Below are positions 1 to 9,925 of a DNA stretch of 64,000 nt, piece by piece (within the stretch, counting starts at the first letter, position 1; each line of letters starts with the position of its first letter). The notes beneath the pieces were generated by a model. The model searched no databases. It worked only from the letters and a program-made list of their open reading frames with translations, and was not told the origin of the DNA. The DNA comes from Candidatus Latescibacterota bacterium (GTDB lineage Bacteria > Latescibacterota > UBA2968 > GCA-2709665). The stretch is from NCBI GenBank assembly GCA_965208835.1, contig OZ242358.1:448001-512000 (forward strand), given 5' to 3'. The position numbers were made by a program, and so were the translations under genes.

Positions 1-990
1 ATAGAGGCGGTCCATCCCCTGTGTCGGCATGGCCGATCCGGTTGCATCCGTCAGCAGCTTGATCGCATCGTAGACCCGCTGCCGGTTCCAGTAGGCCTCC
101 GGAGGTTCGATCCTTCCGTACATCCGGTAGAGCAGTCCCAGGCTGGCCACTGACTGTACCCCCGAAGCGGTGTAGCCCGGGTGAACCATTCCGTGGTTCT
201 CGGCCATGTAGTCCGGCAGCGTGGTGAACGTCTTCCCCGTCAACGCCGCGGCCTTGGACCCCGATTCCAGCGCGCCCTCGTTGAACCGGTCCTGCGGCAC
301 CGCGCAGGCCGAAAACATCCATCGACGGGCGCAGGCTTCCCACGCTTCCGCCCGCCCGTGTCCGGACAGAAACAGATAGCATGCCGCCAGGCCGTGCGCC
401 GTCCACGCGTTCTCCTCCATCTGCGTATCGGCGAATACCCCGCTCTTCGGCGCCATCTCTCCGAACCGTTCGAGATAATCCAGGCAGATTCCAGCCAGCA
501 TCATCCGCGTTTCCTCGTCCACGTACGGCTGCAACATCAGGGCGGCAGAGGTCATATTCGCAACGGTCCCGCCGCACTGGCTTTCAGGGAAGAACCCCCG
601 GCCCCGTTCCCCCCATTTCGTGCCCCAGGACCTCGGCATTCCCAGCCCCGTGTTCGGCCGCAGACACTCCCCGGGGCCCGTATCGTGCGTGAAACACAGG
701 TATCGTATGGCCTTGATCACAACTTCACGGAGGCTGTCAATTGACAATCCCGTGGTATTCTCGTCGTATTCCGGCGACGTACCCACCGCGGCCAGGGCGT
801 GCAGAGGGACCGCGGTCTCGATACCGTACCAATGGACGCCGCCAAAGAAATGCCCGCAGTTGGGGCGCCCGTCCCAATCGTCAAAATAGCTCAGCGCGGT
901 GGGACACCACTTCTGCGCAATCCGCAGATAGCGCCGGCTCATTGGCGTCTCGAGAGCGGGTATGCAGGCGCCGTCCAGCTCGGTTATCAT
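1..990 (-). CDS. Hypothetical protein, truncated by the window edge; possibly polysaccharide lyase/heparinase-like alpha-toroid
   Basis: Not in the ORF track. Open frame from ATG 990 to base 1 (MITELDGACIPALETPMSRRYL...ENAWTA...DYMAENHGMVHPGY). ATGA overlap with the upstream ORF. Confidence 0.7.
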   Translation of the reverse strand, partial: MITELDGACIPALETPMSRRYLRIAQKWCPTALSYFDDWDGRPNCGHFFGGVHWYGIETAVPLHALAAVGTSPEYDENTTGLSIDSLREVVIKAIRYLCFTHDTGPGECLRPNTGLGMPRSWGTKWGERGRGFFPESQCGGTVANMTSAALMLQPYVDEETRMMLAGICLDYLERFGEMAPKSGVFADTQMEENAWTAHGLAACYLFLSGHGRAEAWEACARRWMFSACAVPQDRFNEGALESGSKAAALTGKTFTTLPDYMAENHGMVHPGYTASGVQSVASLGLLYRMYGRIEPPEAYWNRQRVYDAIKLLTDATGSAMPTQGMDRLY

Positions 991-1271
991 GTCGGCGGTG
1001 ACCATGCGTCGATGTCCTTAGACAGAAACTCATGCTTGTTTTTTCGGAATTCTCTGAACCCGCGACCTGATGTCCTGTCGCGAAAATCGTCTCGCCATTC
1101 TAAGGCCGATTCATCCATCGGCGAAAAGTCGGTGTTCATTGAGCTTTCCGATACGTGGTCATTGAGCTTGTCGAAATGCCCGTGTTTCGCTAATTGCTGG
1201 GCGTATTTACTTGCCTTCGCCGGCCCTTCGACGAGCTCAGGGAGCGGCTCAGGTGCAGGGTTCTTGGCCAA
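987..1271 (-). CDS. Small hypothetical protein (94 aa)
   Basis: Fills the gap between co-oriented genes; stop overlaps the next ATG. TTG start; no recognisable motif. Confidence 0.4.
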   Translation of the reverse strand: MAKNPAPEPLPELVEGPAKASKYAQQLAKHGHFDKLNDHVSESSMNTDFSPMDESALEWRDDFRDRTSGRGFREFRKNKHEFLSKDIDAWSPPT

Positions 1272-1334
1272 TCGAAGGATGCGAGCTAGGGGACTTGAAG
1301 GCCGAATTCAGGCGATTGAATTTAGTACAGAATA

Positions 1335-2135
1335 TCAATCCAACATCCGTTCGGCGCGTCTGAAGCAGATTTCTTCCAGCGTTTCCTCATCCACCGGCAA
1401 GACCGCACACTTGACCCTGGCCGCAGAGGGATAGGAGAACGGCGCGTGCGTACCGAACACGAGGTGATCACCTCCGCCCTGGTCGATGAAATCCGAAAGT
1501 TCGCGCATCTGATTCACGTTTTGGCTCAATGAGTAATGGACTTCCGAGAGGGACAGGTCGAAATACCAGTCGCGGTCCCGGATCTCCCTGCGTTGCCAAA
1601 CGGGGGAACCCGTAATCCCTCGCGCATTCGGTATCACGATCGTCGCCCCGGTGACCGCGGCAATCAGGTTCGCCGCGCCGTTGAGGTCCAGCATCCGTCC
1701 GGGATCCATCCAGTGCTTCTGTCTGACGTCCTCGATCCGATGCGGAATGAACACAGGAAGGCCCCGCTCCCTGCAGGCCGCCACAACCCTGCGGGACTCG
1801 GGTCCGTCAACGGCGAATTCGTGATACTGCGGGAAAAGCCGCGCGCCCTTCATGCCCAGGTCCTCGTGGCACCGGCGCAGGTCGCCTTCCCAGTTCCGAT
1901 CGGCCGCATTGATCGTCGCCATCGGAATCAGTCGATCGGTAAACCCCTGCAGGTCCTCCGCCAGCCGTTCGTTGGCCGGCTGTACGCTGCGGTGTAATAT
2001 CGCCTCGATTCGGGACACGGCGGCCGTCCCGATACCGGCCCGGTCCAGCCTCCGGATCAGCGTGTCAGGCGTATTGTCCCGCAATGCCCGAAAGGGCCAC
2101 GAACCCAGCCATGCGTTGAGATCGATGTATTTCAT
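1335..2135 (-). CDS. Amidohydrolase_2 family protein
   Basis: IDLNAWLG start, GARLFPQYH, LVFGTHAPF; ATGA-coupled to the upstream amidohydrolase. Confidence 0.8.
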   Translation of the reverse strand: MKYIDLNAWLGSWPFRALRDNTPDTLIRRLDRAGIGTAAVSRIEAILHRSVQPANERLAEDLQGFTDRLIPMATINAADRNWEGDLRRCHEDLGMKGARLFPQYHEFAVDGPESRRVVAACRERGLPVFIPHRIEDVRQKHWMDPGRMLDLNGAANLIAAVTGATIVIPNARGITGSPVWQRREIRDRDWYFDLSLSEVHYSLSQNVNQMRELSDFIDQGGGDHLVFGTHAPFSYPSAARVKCAVLPVDEETLEEICFRRAERMLD

Positions 2136-2974
2136 GCCGAAGCCTCCTTCCCCGTCCGGATCGGCGACGCGCCCTGAGCCGCCAGGATCCGTTTCGCGTT
2201 GCCCCAGAAAATCATATCTTTTTCCTCGTCCGTCAGCGTTGCGTCGATGACCTTCCCAACGCTGCCGGTCATGGTCCCGTCCGTTCCGAACAGCACCCGG
2301 TCCGCGCCCATTTCCGCCACGGCGAGTTCGACCTGTCCATCGTCCAGATTGCTGCCGGCGACGTCGCAGACCAGGTTGGGGGACGTACCCCGCATCGCCC
2401 GGATGGTATTCTCCCAGTCGCCGCCGCCGCCGATGTGGGCGTGGATAACCATCGCCTCAGGATACCGCCGATTCATCTCCGCAAAGTGTTGTCCGTTGGA
2501 AATCAGCGGTTGAGCATCGAGGAATTCCCTGGCGGTGGGAAGGCCCGCGTGCTCCAGGAGCGGCACCTTGCGCTCGATGATGCGTTCGAGAACCGGATAC
2601 ACCGCCGGATCGTCGATGCGATACTGGTTGTAGAGTTTGAGGCCGATCATCCCCGCGTCCAGGCAACGATCAATCTCGTCCAGGGCGTGCTGATAATGTC
2701 CGGGAATGACGAAACACAGTCCCCGGATATGGTCGGGAAACCGCTTCATGGCCCTCAGCACGGCATCGTTCTCCGCTCGAACTTCCTCGATACTGGCAAG
2801 CCGCCCGCCCGTAATGGGCGACGAACACCAGTATTCGGTGATGCCCAGCAAATCGCCCGTCCAGATCAACTGCTCGGCGGACGTCACCTCGTCCGCCTCG
2901 TTGTCCAGATTCCAGACGTGGGCGTGTACGTCGATCTTGGGCCGGCGGAGCCATCGTTCGATATCCAGACTCAT
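2132..2974 (-). CDS. Amidohydrolase_2 family metal-dependent hydrolase
   Basis: IDVHAH, HAHIGGGG, RVLFGTD. Start reset to MSLDIERW behind a GGAGG RBS. Confidence 0.85.
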   Translation of the reverse strand: MSLDIERWLRRPKIDVHAHVWNLDNEADEVTSAEQLIWTGDLLGITEYWCSSPITGGRLASIEEVRAENDAVLRAMKRFPDHIRGLCFVIPGHYQHALDEIDRCLDAGMIGLKLYNQYRIDDPAVYPVLERIIERKVPLLEHAGLPTAREFLDAQPLISNGQHFAEMNRRYPEAMVIHAHIGGGGDWENTIRAMRGTSPNLVCDVAGSNLDDGQVELAVAEMGADRVLFGTDGTMTGSVGKVIDATLTDEEKDMIFWGNAKRILAAQGASPIRTGKEASA

Positions 2975-3020
2975 TTCGAATCCTCCGTATGTATGAAAGC
3001 GATAAAAGCTATCAGCTAAA

Positions 3021-3246
3021 AGCGGGTAGACGTAAGACGGGAGAGGGTAGAGAACCACACTCGCCCCACCACCTGGTGAGAAGGAAGACGAAAGAGGGGA
3101 GAGATCGAATGCCGTAAAGGGATTCTTTTTATGCCGCAGGCAAGTCGGAGGAACAAATCGGCAAGGGCTTCTTCTCCCGTCTACCCTCTTCCCTCTACCC
3201 GCATTTTTTCTCCCGTCTACCCTCTCCCGTCTCACCGCCTTTTGGC
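3021..3246. repeat. Heptamer-armed intergenic repeat, copy 1
   Basis: Purine-rich GGTAGAC/GGGAGAC-type arm, TGCCGCAGGCAAG core, pyrimidine-rich arm; homologous to 31385-31530 and 62459-62635. Confidence 0.65.
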
Positions 3247-3285
3247 GACCTTTCCTCCGTCCCCGCGAAAAAAGTTGCCAGCTAT

Positions 3286-5052
3286 CTATTCCCGATCCCA
3301 CGGAAACACGAACGTCGGTTGATTCGCATACCGCTTCGTGGTGACCACGAGCCGGCTTCCGCTCCCGGGCGCCAGTCGAACCGTGAAGAACGGACAGTCC
3401 AATGTATGGGAGTCGCCGTTGGTCTGAACCTCGGTCACCTGATGCTCGCCATAGGCCCCCGCCTGGACGATCACGGTTCGATGATCCACCGGATTCACGT
3501 TCACCAGCGATACCGTGGCCGTCTCGTCCGTCAGCCCTTCCACCAGCGCCCCGACGTCCTCCGGAATTCCCGCCCGCCGCCTCACAGGGTCGAAATACCG
3601 CAGGCGGCAATGCAGCGGCTCGCCGTACCGGGGGTTCAATCCACCCAGCATCAACTGGGTCAGACAGCTGTTGATGGCGGGGTTGAATTTCAGCGTATCG
3701 TCTGACATCCGGGTATCGGGCGAACCGGCATCCCGGCGCATGCCGTTCACCTTTTCGCGGATGGACGCGAATTCCCTGCGCAGGGCAGCCTCCGCATATC
3801 CGTCGTTTTCTCCATCCAGGTATTTCAGCCACGCGTCATCGGGAACGTATTTCAGGTCCTTCCGGTCCATCGACCAGTAGTAGACGTCCAGCGCACCCTG
3901 GCTGTAGGGCGATTCCTTGTAGTCGTACCAGCCGTCGTCGCCGTACATGTGCGGGTACATCGTTCTGCCGTCCACCGTGCGGGTATTCGCGTTTACGGCT
4001 GCCAGCATCCCGCGCCAGACGTCCACGTATTTCTGTTGTCCCGTCAGCAACAGGGCGTTCCCGAAACCCGCCACCCCGCGGGAAATTGCATTCCTGTTGG
4101 ACAGTTCGCCCGTCTGGGGGACGACTACCGTGAACCCCCAGCCATAACACCCGCCATACCACTTGCCGTCGCATTCGCCTCCGATTGTGCCTTCCAGTCC
4201 GATGTTGCTGGGGAGGATGCCATTGTTCGCGGCCGCCCGCTCCGCCCATGCATCCACGTATTCCAGTACCCATTCCCTGTATTTCCGCTCGCCCTCCACC
4301 ATAAAGGCGTTGAGGCCGAGCGTCGTGGCCGCCAGATTGATGGGGTGGTCGCCGACCACGTCGGTATAGTCCTCGAAATGCGCCAGCATCTCCTCGAAAT
4401 TGCGCTCGCCATGCGCCGGGTCGAACCGCCCCTCTATCTCGATCGGGTCTCCCGCCCAGTCCAGCGCCGTCGCCTTCCTCAGCAGGGGCCCCCTGCTTCC
4501 GGTAAACAGGCTGCGGATGATCCTGTGCTCCGGATCGTAATTCTTCGCCTGCGGGTCCTCATCCATATAGAAGCCCGCGTAACGGCGCGACCGGTGCCGA
4601 AAGCGGTTATCGTACGGATCCGACAGTCCCTGCAAATTGAAGACGGCCAGGCTCTCGCCGTGGTGAAACCAGTCCAGGCTTACCGGGAACTCTTTATATA
4701 TCATCCCGTCCCGCGCCAGCGGCACCTCCACTGTTTTCGCCTCCGTATACTGCAGCAGGTGCCCCTCCCACCCCAGCTTGTACATCTCCAGAATGCTATC
4801 CGGCGCTCCTATCGCGTGCAGAATGGGCCAACCGGTCAGGTTCTCGATCGCGTCGTCCGGGCCGTCGTTGCCGCCCCACCGTGGGACGCACTGAAGATAG
4901 CCCCGCGAGTCAAAGTAACGATGGAAGAACTCATTGCACGCCCGTGTCTGCGCCCGGATCAACGCCCTTTCGAGTAACGCCCATTCCGGCGGCGGCATGG
5001 GCGCCTCGATCGAAACGGTCAGTGCATTGGGATTGACTTTTGACATTGCCAT
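3286..5052 (-). CDS. Conserved hypothetical protein (~588 aa), possible alpha/alpha-barrel enzyme
   Basis: Long ORF with natural composition (PPEWALLER...RWGGNDGPDDAIEN...DWFHHGE). Confidence 0.75.
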   Translation of the reverse strand: MAMSKVNPNALTVSIEAPMPPPEWALLERALIRAQTRACNEFFHRYFDSRGYLQCVPRWGGNDGPDDAIENLTGWPILHAIGAPDSILEMYKLGWEGHLLQYTEAKTVEVPLARDGMIYKEFPVSLDWFHHGESLAVFNLQGLSDPYDNRFRHRSRRYAGFYMDEDPQAKNYDPEHRIIRSLFTGSRGPLLRKATALDWAGDPIEIEGRFDPAHGERNFEEMLAHFEDYTDVVGDHPINLAATTLGLNAFMVEGERKYREWVLEYVDAWAERAAANNGILPSNIGLEGTIGGECDGKWYGGCYGWGFTVVVPQTGELSNRNAISRGVAGFGNALLLTGQQKYVDVWRGMLAAVNANTRTVDGRTMYPHMYGDDGWYDYKESPYSQGALDVYYWSMDRKDLKYVPDDAWLKYLDGENDGYAEAALRREFASIREKVNGMRRDAGSPDTRMSDDTLKFNPAINSCLTQLMLGGLNPRYGEPLHCRLRYFDPVRRRAGIPEDVGALVEGLTDETATVSLVNVNPVDHRTVIVQAGAYGEHQVTEVQTNGDSHTLDCPFFTVRLAPGSGSRLVVTTKRYANQPTFVFPWDRE

Positions 5053-5293
5053 TCCTTTCGATCGACAACAAACATGGATACAGAGGATAGGCAGGATTAA
5101 AGGCGAAATTCGGAAAAGCCGCCGTAAAATAGGGAATCACACTCCCGCATACAACGCAAAAGGACCAGGCCGCGAAGTGTACGTCGCGAGTCTGAAGAAC
5201 GAAAATCTTGACCGCGAAACAGGGCTTTCCTAATTTATCGCCGCACTCATTTGCATCCGCCAAGGGCTGATATCGCAATTCACCGGAGGTTTC

Positions 5294-5686
5294 GTGAAAG
5301 AACAGATCGAACACTACGAAAACAAGCTGAAGTACGAGATCGATTCGTACGATGTTTTCGAGGCGCTGAAACTCGGAAGGGATATTGTTGTCGTGGACGC
5401 GAGGTCTACCGAAGCGTACGCCGAAAGACACATTCCGGGCGCAATAAGCCTGCCCCACCGCACGATGGGCGAGGAGACCACGTCCAGGCTGGACGAAAAC
5501 ACGCTCTATGTGACCTACTGCGACGGCATCGGCTGCAATGCGTCGACCAAAGGCGCGCTCAAATTGGCCAGACTGGGTTTCAGCGTCAAGGAACTCATGG
5601 GCGGGTTGGACTGGTGGATCAGGGACGGCTATGCAACCGAGGGTCTCCAGGCCACCGAAGGGAAAGCGCCGGACTGCGGATGCTGA
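5294..5686 (+). CDS. Rhodanese-like domain protein
   Basis: VVDARS..AYAERHIPGAISLP, TYCDGIGCNAS, LMGGLDWW; GGAGG RBS. Confidence 0.9.
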   Translation: MKEQIEHYENKLKYEIDSYDVFEALKLGRDIVVVDARSTEAYAERHIPGAISLPHRTMGEETTSRLDENTLYVTYCDGIGCNASTKGALKLARLGFSVKELMGGLDWWIRDGYATEGLQATEGKAPDCGC

Positions 5687-5740
5687 CCAGCCGGTCTGGT
5701 CGGCAATGGCTTCATCTTCGGGCTCTGCTGTACGAAAAAT

Positions 5741-5769
5741 TTGACTTAAGGGTCCAGCTTATCTATCTT
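5741..5769 (+). promoter_or_regulatory. Sigma70-type promoter of the his leader
   Basis: TTGACT(5741-46)-N17-TATCTT(5764-69). Confidence 0.6.
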
Positions 5770-5778
5770 ATGAGTCCT

Positions 5779-5922
5779 ATGACACAACTGAACAACATCC
5801 AGGTCATTCCGAGGGAACCGAGCGTCAGCCCATCCGGCTCCCAGTGTGTCTATACGGCCCATCGCCACACTCATCATACGGGTTCCGCGACTTTTCGCGC
5901 AATCTGCTCGGCGGTGGACTAG
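5779..5922 (+). CDS. Putative His-rich attenuator leader peptide
   Basis: MTQLNNIQ...YTAHRHTHHTGSATFRAICSAVD*; four His codons at 5860-5877, upstream of hisI-hisG. Confidence 0.65.
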   Translation: MTQLNNIQVIPREPSVSPSGSQCVYTAHRHTHHTGSATFRAICSAVD

Positions 5923-5946
5923 ATCTGGATCCAAGTGTTGAAAATG

Positions 5947-5979
5947 AAAGCCCGCTGTCGAGAGACGGCGGGCTTTTTT
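5947..5979 (+). terminator. Intrinsic terminator of the putative his attenuator
   Basis: AAAGCCCGCTGTC-GAGA-GACGGCGGGCTTT plus T tract; its 5' arm can alternatively pair with 5907-5920. Confidence 0.75.
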
Positions 5980-6054
5980 GATGGCAGCGCCAATACACGG
6001 ATTCGCCGATGACGGCGAGATCACAGGTCTGGCCTATCTCTGAGGGTAAGGGAA

Positions 6055-6777
6055 ATGGGAAACGATAACGACGCATACGGACGGATGATGTGGGACTACC
6101 ACCGCGGCATACCCGCCCGGGAAATCGTGGAGCGCGACGACGGGTTTATTTCCGCCGGCAAGTCGCGCGATTATTTCGAGCCCTTCAGCGAATGGCCGCC
6201 TCAACAGCAGAAGTCGATGGACTGCGTGTCGGGGCGCGTACTCGATATCGGCTGCGGGCCCGGACGGCACGCCATCCACCTGCAGCAAGAGGGATTCGAC
6301 GTCCTGGGCATCGATGCCTCGCCCCTGGCCATCAGGGTTGCCCGCGAGCGCGGCTTGAGGAAGGCCGACGTTCTGAGCGTGACGCGGTTATCCTTTCGGC
6401 TCGGCGAATTCGACACCCTGCTGATGATGGGCAACAACTTCGGTCTGTTCGGTAACTTGAAACGCGCCCGGTGGTTGTTGAGGAAGATGCGCAATATGAC
6501 GTCGTCGAACGGGAGAATCATCGCCGAATCCCGGGACCCTTATGCGACCACGAGCAGAGCGCATCTGGATTATCACGAGACCAACCGGAGACGCGGCAGG
6601 TTTTCGTGCCAACTCAGAATCCGGATCCGGTACGGACAACACATCGGCAACTGGTTCGAGTATCTCATGGTTTCCCGAAATGAGATGGCGTTCATTCTGG
6701 AAGGTACCGGATGGCGGATTTCACGATTTATACCCGAAACGGGAACCGTCTACGTCGCGATTATCGAAAAAGCCTGA
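6055..6777 (+). CDS. Class I SAM-dependent methyltransferase
   Basis: VLDIGCGPGRH motif I, GIDAS, FDTLLMMGNN. Confidence 0.9.
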   Translation: MGNDNDAYGRMMWDYHRGIPAREIVERDDGFISAGKSRDYFEPFSEWPPQQQKSMDCVSGRVLDIGCGPGRHAIHLQQEGFDVLGIDASPLAIRVARERGLRKADVLSVTRLSFRLGEFDTLLMMGNNFGLFGNLKRARWLLRKMRNMTSSNGRIIAESRDPYATTSRAHLDYHETNRRRGRFSCQLRIRIRYGQHIGNWFEYLMVSRNEMAFILEGTGWRISRFIPETGTVYVAIIEKA

Positions 6778-6811
6778 ATATCAGCAAATCCCATGCAGGA
6801 AGGAAATCGTC

Positions 6812-7240
6812 ATGGCCGCGAATCACGAAATTGAAGAAGGCACTGAGGTCCAACTCGACTTCGAAAAGCTGTCCAGGGTTGCGAAAACCGGCCACTCGGT
6901 CATTCCCGCGGCCGTGCAGGACGTGGACAGCAAAGCCGTTCTCCTGATCGGCTATGTCAACAAACAGGCGCTCGAACACGCGCTCGAACACCGCGTGGCG
7001 ACGTTCTGGAGTACGTCGCGAAACGAACTCTGGATCAAGGGCGCGACGTCGGGGGATATGCTAGACCTGATCGACGTGCGCGTCAACTGCGAACAGAACT
7101 CGCTGCTCTATATGGTGCGCCTTCGCGGCGAGGGGTCGTGCCATACGAAAGTCGGCGATCGACCGCGTTACGGCTGCTATTACCGCAGCATCGTCAACGG
7201 CAAGCTCGAATTCGTGGAACCTGAAACCATACCGGAGTAG
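6812..7240 (+). CDS. hisI: Phosphoribosyl-AMP cyclohydrolase
   Basis: IPAAVQD, FWSTSRNELWIKGATSG, NCEQNSLL, SCHT..CYYR. Start reset to MAANHEIEE. Confidence 0.9.
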   Translation: MAANHEIEEGTEVQLDFEKLSRVAKTGHSVIPAAVQDVDSKAVLLIGYVNKQALEHALEHRVATFWSTSRNELWIKGATSGDMLDLIDVRVNCEQNSLLYMVRLRGEGSCHTKVGDRPRYGCYYRSIVNGKLEFVEPETIPE

Positions 7241-7243
7241 CCC

Positions 7244-8104
7244 ATGAACTTTACGCTCGGTCTGCCCAACGGCAGCATGCAGGATCCGCTGTGCGACCTG
7301 CTCTCCCGAATCGGTCTAGACGTTCGCCCAACGGGACGAAACGGACAGGTCTCCGTGGACGGCCTCGATCTTTTCAGTCAGGCCGTCTATATGCGTCCCC
7401 AGGACATTCCCGCCGCCCTGTTGAAGAGACAGATCGACTGCGGCATCTGCGGACTGGACTGTGTGGTCGAAGCCGAACTGGCGCAAGCGGGCGAATTCGA
7501 CACCCGGGTCCAGCGGCTTCAGGAGCTGCGCTTCAGCCGCGATACCCGAGACCCCGCCCGCGTCGTCCTGTTCGGCCGCCCCGATAGCCCGCGAATGTCG
7601 CAAAATGCGACAGTTACGATCAGTTCCGAATATCCCGCGATCACCCGCGACCGATATCCGAATGCGGACGTTGACTTTTCACACGGCAGCACGGAAATCA
7701 AGGTGGCGATGAAGCTCTTCGACTACGGCGTAGGCGTCACGATTACGGGCATCAGTCTGCGCGAAAACGGTCTCGAGATCGCCGATGAGTTCATGGTGTC
7801 ACCCATCGTCGTGATCGCGCGCAACCGAATTCCCGAATTCGTCGCCCTGGGAGACCTGATGGCCGGCGCGCTGGAGGCCGAAAACCAGCAACTCATCAAA
7901 CTGAATGTCGACAACCTTCAGAGAATTGCGGTCCTGGAGGCGCTGCCCGCCCGTCGCGCCCCCACGCTCAGCCGGTTATCGGACTGCGCCAGCGCTATCG
8001 AGGCCGTGGTGCCCAGATCGCAGACGGCCGGCCTTCTGATACGCCTCCGGACCCTGGGCGCGACGGACATTGTCGTGCAAGACATCAATGCCATTGTGGG
8101 ATAG
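7244..8104 (+). CDS. hisG: ATP phosphoribosyltransferase (long form)
   Basis: LGLPNGS, RPQDIP, DCGICGLD, SEYP, HGSTE, TGISLRENGL, C-terminal PTLSRL..LGATDIVV domain. Confidence 0.85.
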   Translation: MNFTLGLPNGSMQDPLCDLLSRIGLDVRPTGRNGQVSVDGLDLFSQAVYMRPQDIPAALLKRQIDCGICGLDCVVEAELAQAGEFDTRVQRLQELRFSRDTRDPARVVLFGRPDSPRMSQNATVTISSEYPAITRDRYPNADVDFSHGSTEIKVAMKLFDYGVGVTITGISLRENGLEIADEFMVSPIVVIARNRIPEFVALGDLMAGALEAENQQLIKLNVDNLQRIAVLEALPARRAPTLSRLSDCASAIEAVVPRSQTAGLLIRLRTLGATDIVVQDINAIVG

Positions 8105-8229
8105 CGGTGGCTGGTCCTTCGGGCTGAGCAGGGGATGCCGCGAGAGCGTGGCGGGAACGTGTAGCGGCGGGATGGTAGGGGTTGATAGCGGGAAAGTAGG
8201 GACACGCGAAGCGTCGTGAGGATCCGCGA

Positions 8230-9390
8230 CTACGTCGGCGGGACGATCGCCCCGCTCCACAGCCGGTCGAGGAAATCCCGCCAGGGCAGGATCAGAATAC
8301 CGTCCGCGGTCCGGCGGGGACTCGCCTCCCGCGAAACGACGAGAAACAGGGCTACGTTGAACTCTTCTTTGAATGCGCGAATCCCCTTCAGGTGCCTGTC
8401 CTGGATCCGGGACGTGGACTTGACCTCGAGTGCGACGTCGCCAAAGATGAAGTCGACTTCGCGGCCTGACGTCGTACGCCAATAGGATATCGGGAAAAAT
8501 GTCCCGGAATAGCTGGAATACGCGGACAATTCCATGAATATGAAATGTTCGAAAGCGCGTCCGAACAGCTCCGAACCCGGCTGGACATGCCCACGTCCTG
8601 TCAGGTGCGCCACCACGCCAATATCGAAGAAATAGAACCGGGGCGCGCTGACTACGCGGCGCTTGGCGCGTCTGCGAAACGCCGGTACGAAGCTCCCGAT
8701 CAGAGTATCTTCCAGGATCTGGAAATAGCCCTTCGCGGTGGGCGCGCTCACACCGCATTCCGCGGCGATCGTGTTGTAATTGATCAACTCGCCGTTCGAC
8801 AGCGCAGCCACCTCGAGGAACCGGCTGAACGCGGGGATATTCCGCGTCAACGCTTCGGCCGCGATTTCCTCCCGAAGGTAATCGCCGACATAGGCCTGAA
8901 TCAACCGGCGCGGCCGGGCGCTCCGGTAATGCCGGGGCAGCAGACCGGCATTCAGTGCCTTTTCGAGCGAAAATTCCGGGATCTCGGCAGCAACAAATGG
9001 ATGCAGCTGATATCGGACCGCCCGTCCGCCGAGCAGATTGCCGCCGCCGCGTTTCAACTTCCTCGCGCTCGAACCACACAAGAGAAAACGCAGCCCCCTG
9101 TTTTCCCCGAGCCAGTGCACCTCATTCAGTAGGTCGGGAATCCTCTGCACTTCGTCGATCACAATGGGATCGTCCTGCGAGTCGCCGTCCAATCCTGCAG
9201 CGAGACATTCCTCGCGAATCAACTCGGGGCGGTCGACCAGCGCACGATACACGTCTGCCAGCAGGAGGTCGTAACGCCTTGCCCGGGGAAACAACGAACG
9301 GATGAGCGTGCTCTTGCCGGTCTGCCGCGGCCCCCACAGGAAGCACGTCTGTTCTCCCGTCAAATCTAAATTTAATATTCGATTATACAT
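8230..9390 (-). CDS. AAA_14 ATPase with DUF4143 and C-terminal PD-(D/E)xK-like domain
   Basis: GPRQTGKST, IDEVQ, LCGSS, RFYFFDIG, YWRTTSGREVDF..LEVK. Confidence 0.9.
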   Translation of the reverse strand: MYNRILNLDLTGEQTCFLWGPRQTGKSTLIRSLFPRARRYDLLLADVYRALVDRPELIREECLAAGLDGDSQDDPIVIDEVQRIPDLLNEVHWLGENRGLRFLLCGSSARKLKRGGGNLLGGRAVRYQLHPFVAAEIPEFSLEKALNAGLLPRHYRSARPRRLIQAYVGDYLREEIAAEALTRNIPAFSRFLEVAALSNGELINYNTIAAECGVSAPTAKGYFQILEDTLIGSFVPAFRRRAKRRVVSAPRFYFFDIGVVAHLTGRGHVQPGSELFGRAFEHFIFMELSAYSSYSGTFFPISYWRTTSGREVDFIFGDVALEVKSTSRIQDRHLKGIRAFKEEFNVALFLVVSREASPRRTADGILILPWRDFLDRLWSGAIVPPT

Positions 9391-9779
9391 GAATATCTAA
9401 AATAGATATTTGGATATTCAATGTCAATCCGAATTTTCGATATCGTGTCCGGAGCGGCTCTGTCAGGTTCTACCGTACCGGAAACTGTTACGCCAGGATA
9501 TGAATGAAGCCACCGGCAACACAATCGCACGGACACCTTGCAGCCCGGAAGCACATTCAACCTGACCGCGGGGTTTACCTCAACCTGGACCTGGACGCCG
9601 CCGCAGGCGATCTGTCTGTCTCCCCGCTCGGCCTCCTTCCCATAGATCCGACCCCATCGTCCTGAATCTCCGCAGGGTCACTGAAGGTGAGTCACAGGAA
9701 TAAGGCATATAGACAATAGCACGAACAGCATTCCCGCCTCGTCAGTCGATTCCACTACCCCTCCGACTCCGTAACCGCG

Positions 9780-9925
9780 GTCTTGCGCTGCGGCGGCCCG
9801 AGCGGCTAACTTCACTTGGGTCTCTTCGTCTTCCGCCGTGAAGGCCCTGCCCGCCTCCTTCTCCGCCAGAAAAACCGCACCCACTCCCTCGTCTCGATGG
9901 CAGATCGGCGTCACCAGACGCGTCA
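9780..9925 (-). pseudogene. GAF-domain sensor fragment
   Basis: LVTPICHRDEGVGAVFLAEKEAGRAFTAEDEE..KLAARAAAA resembles a GAF C-terminal half; no flanking domains. Confidence 0.5.

Noticed and set aside
2132-3832. Long N-terminal extensions in the ORF track (also 6542, 18696, 34016, 42206, 42754, 49795)
   Set aside because: They overlap neighbouring genes or repeats; downstream starts with RBS or signal peptides fit better.
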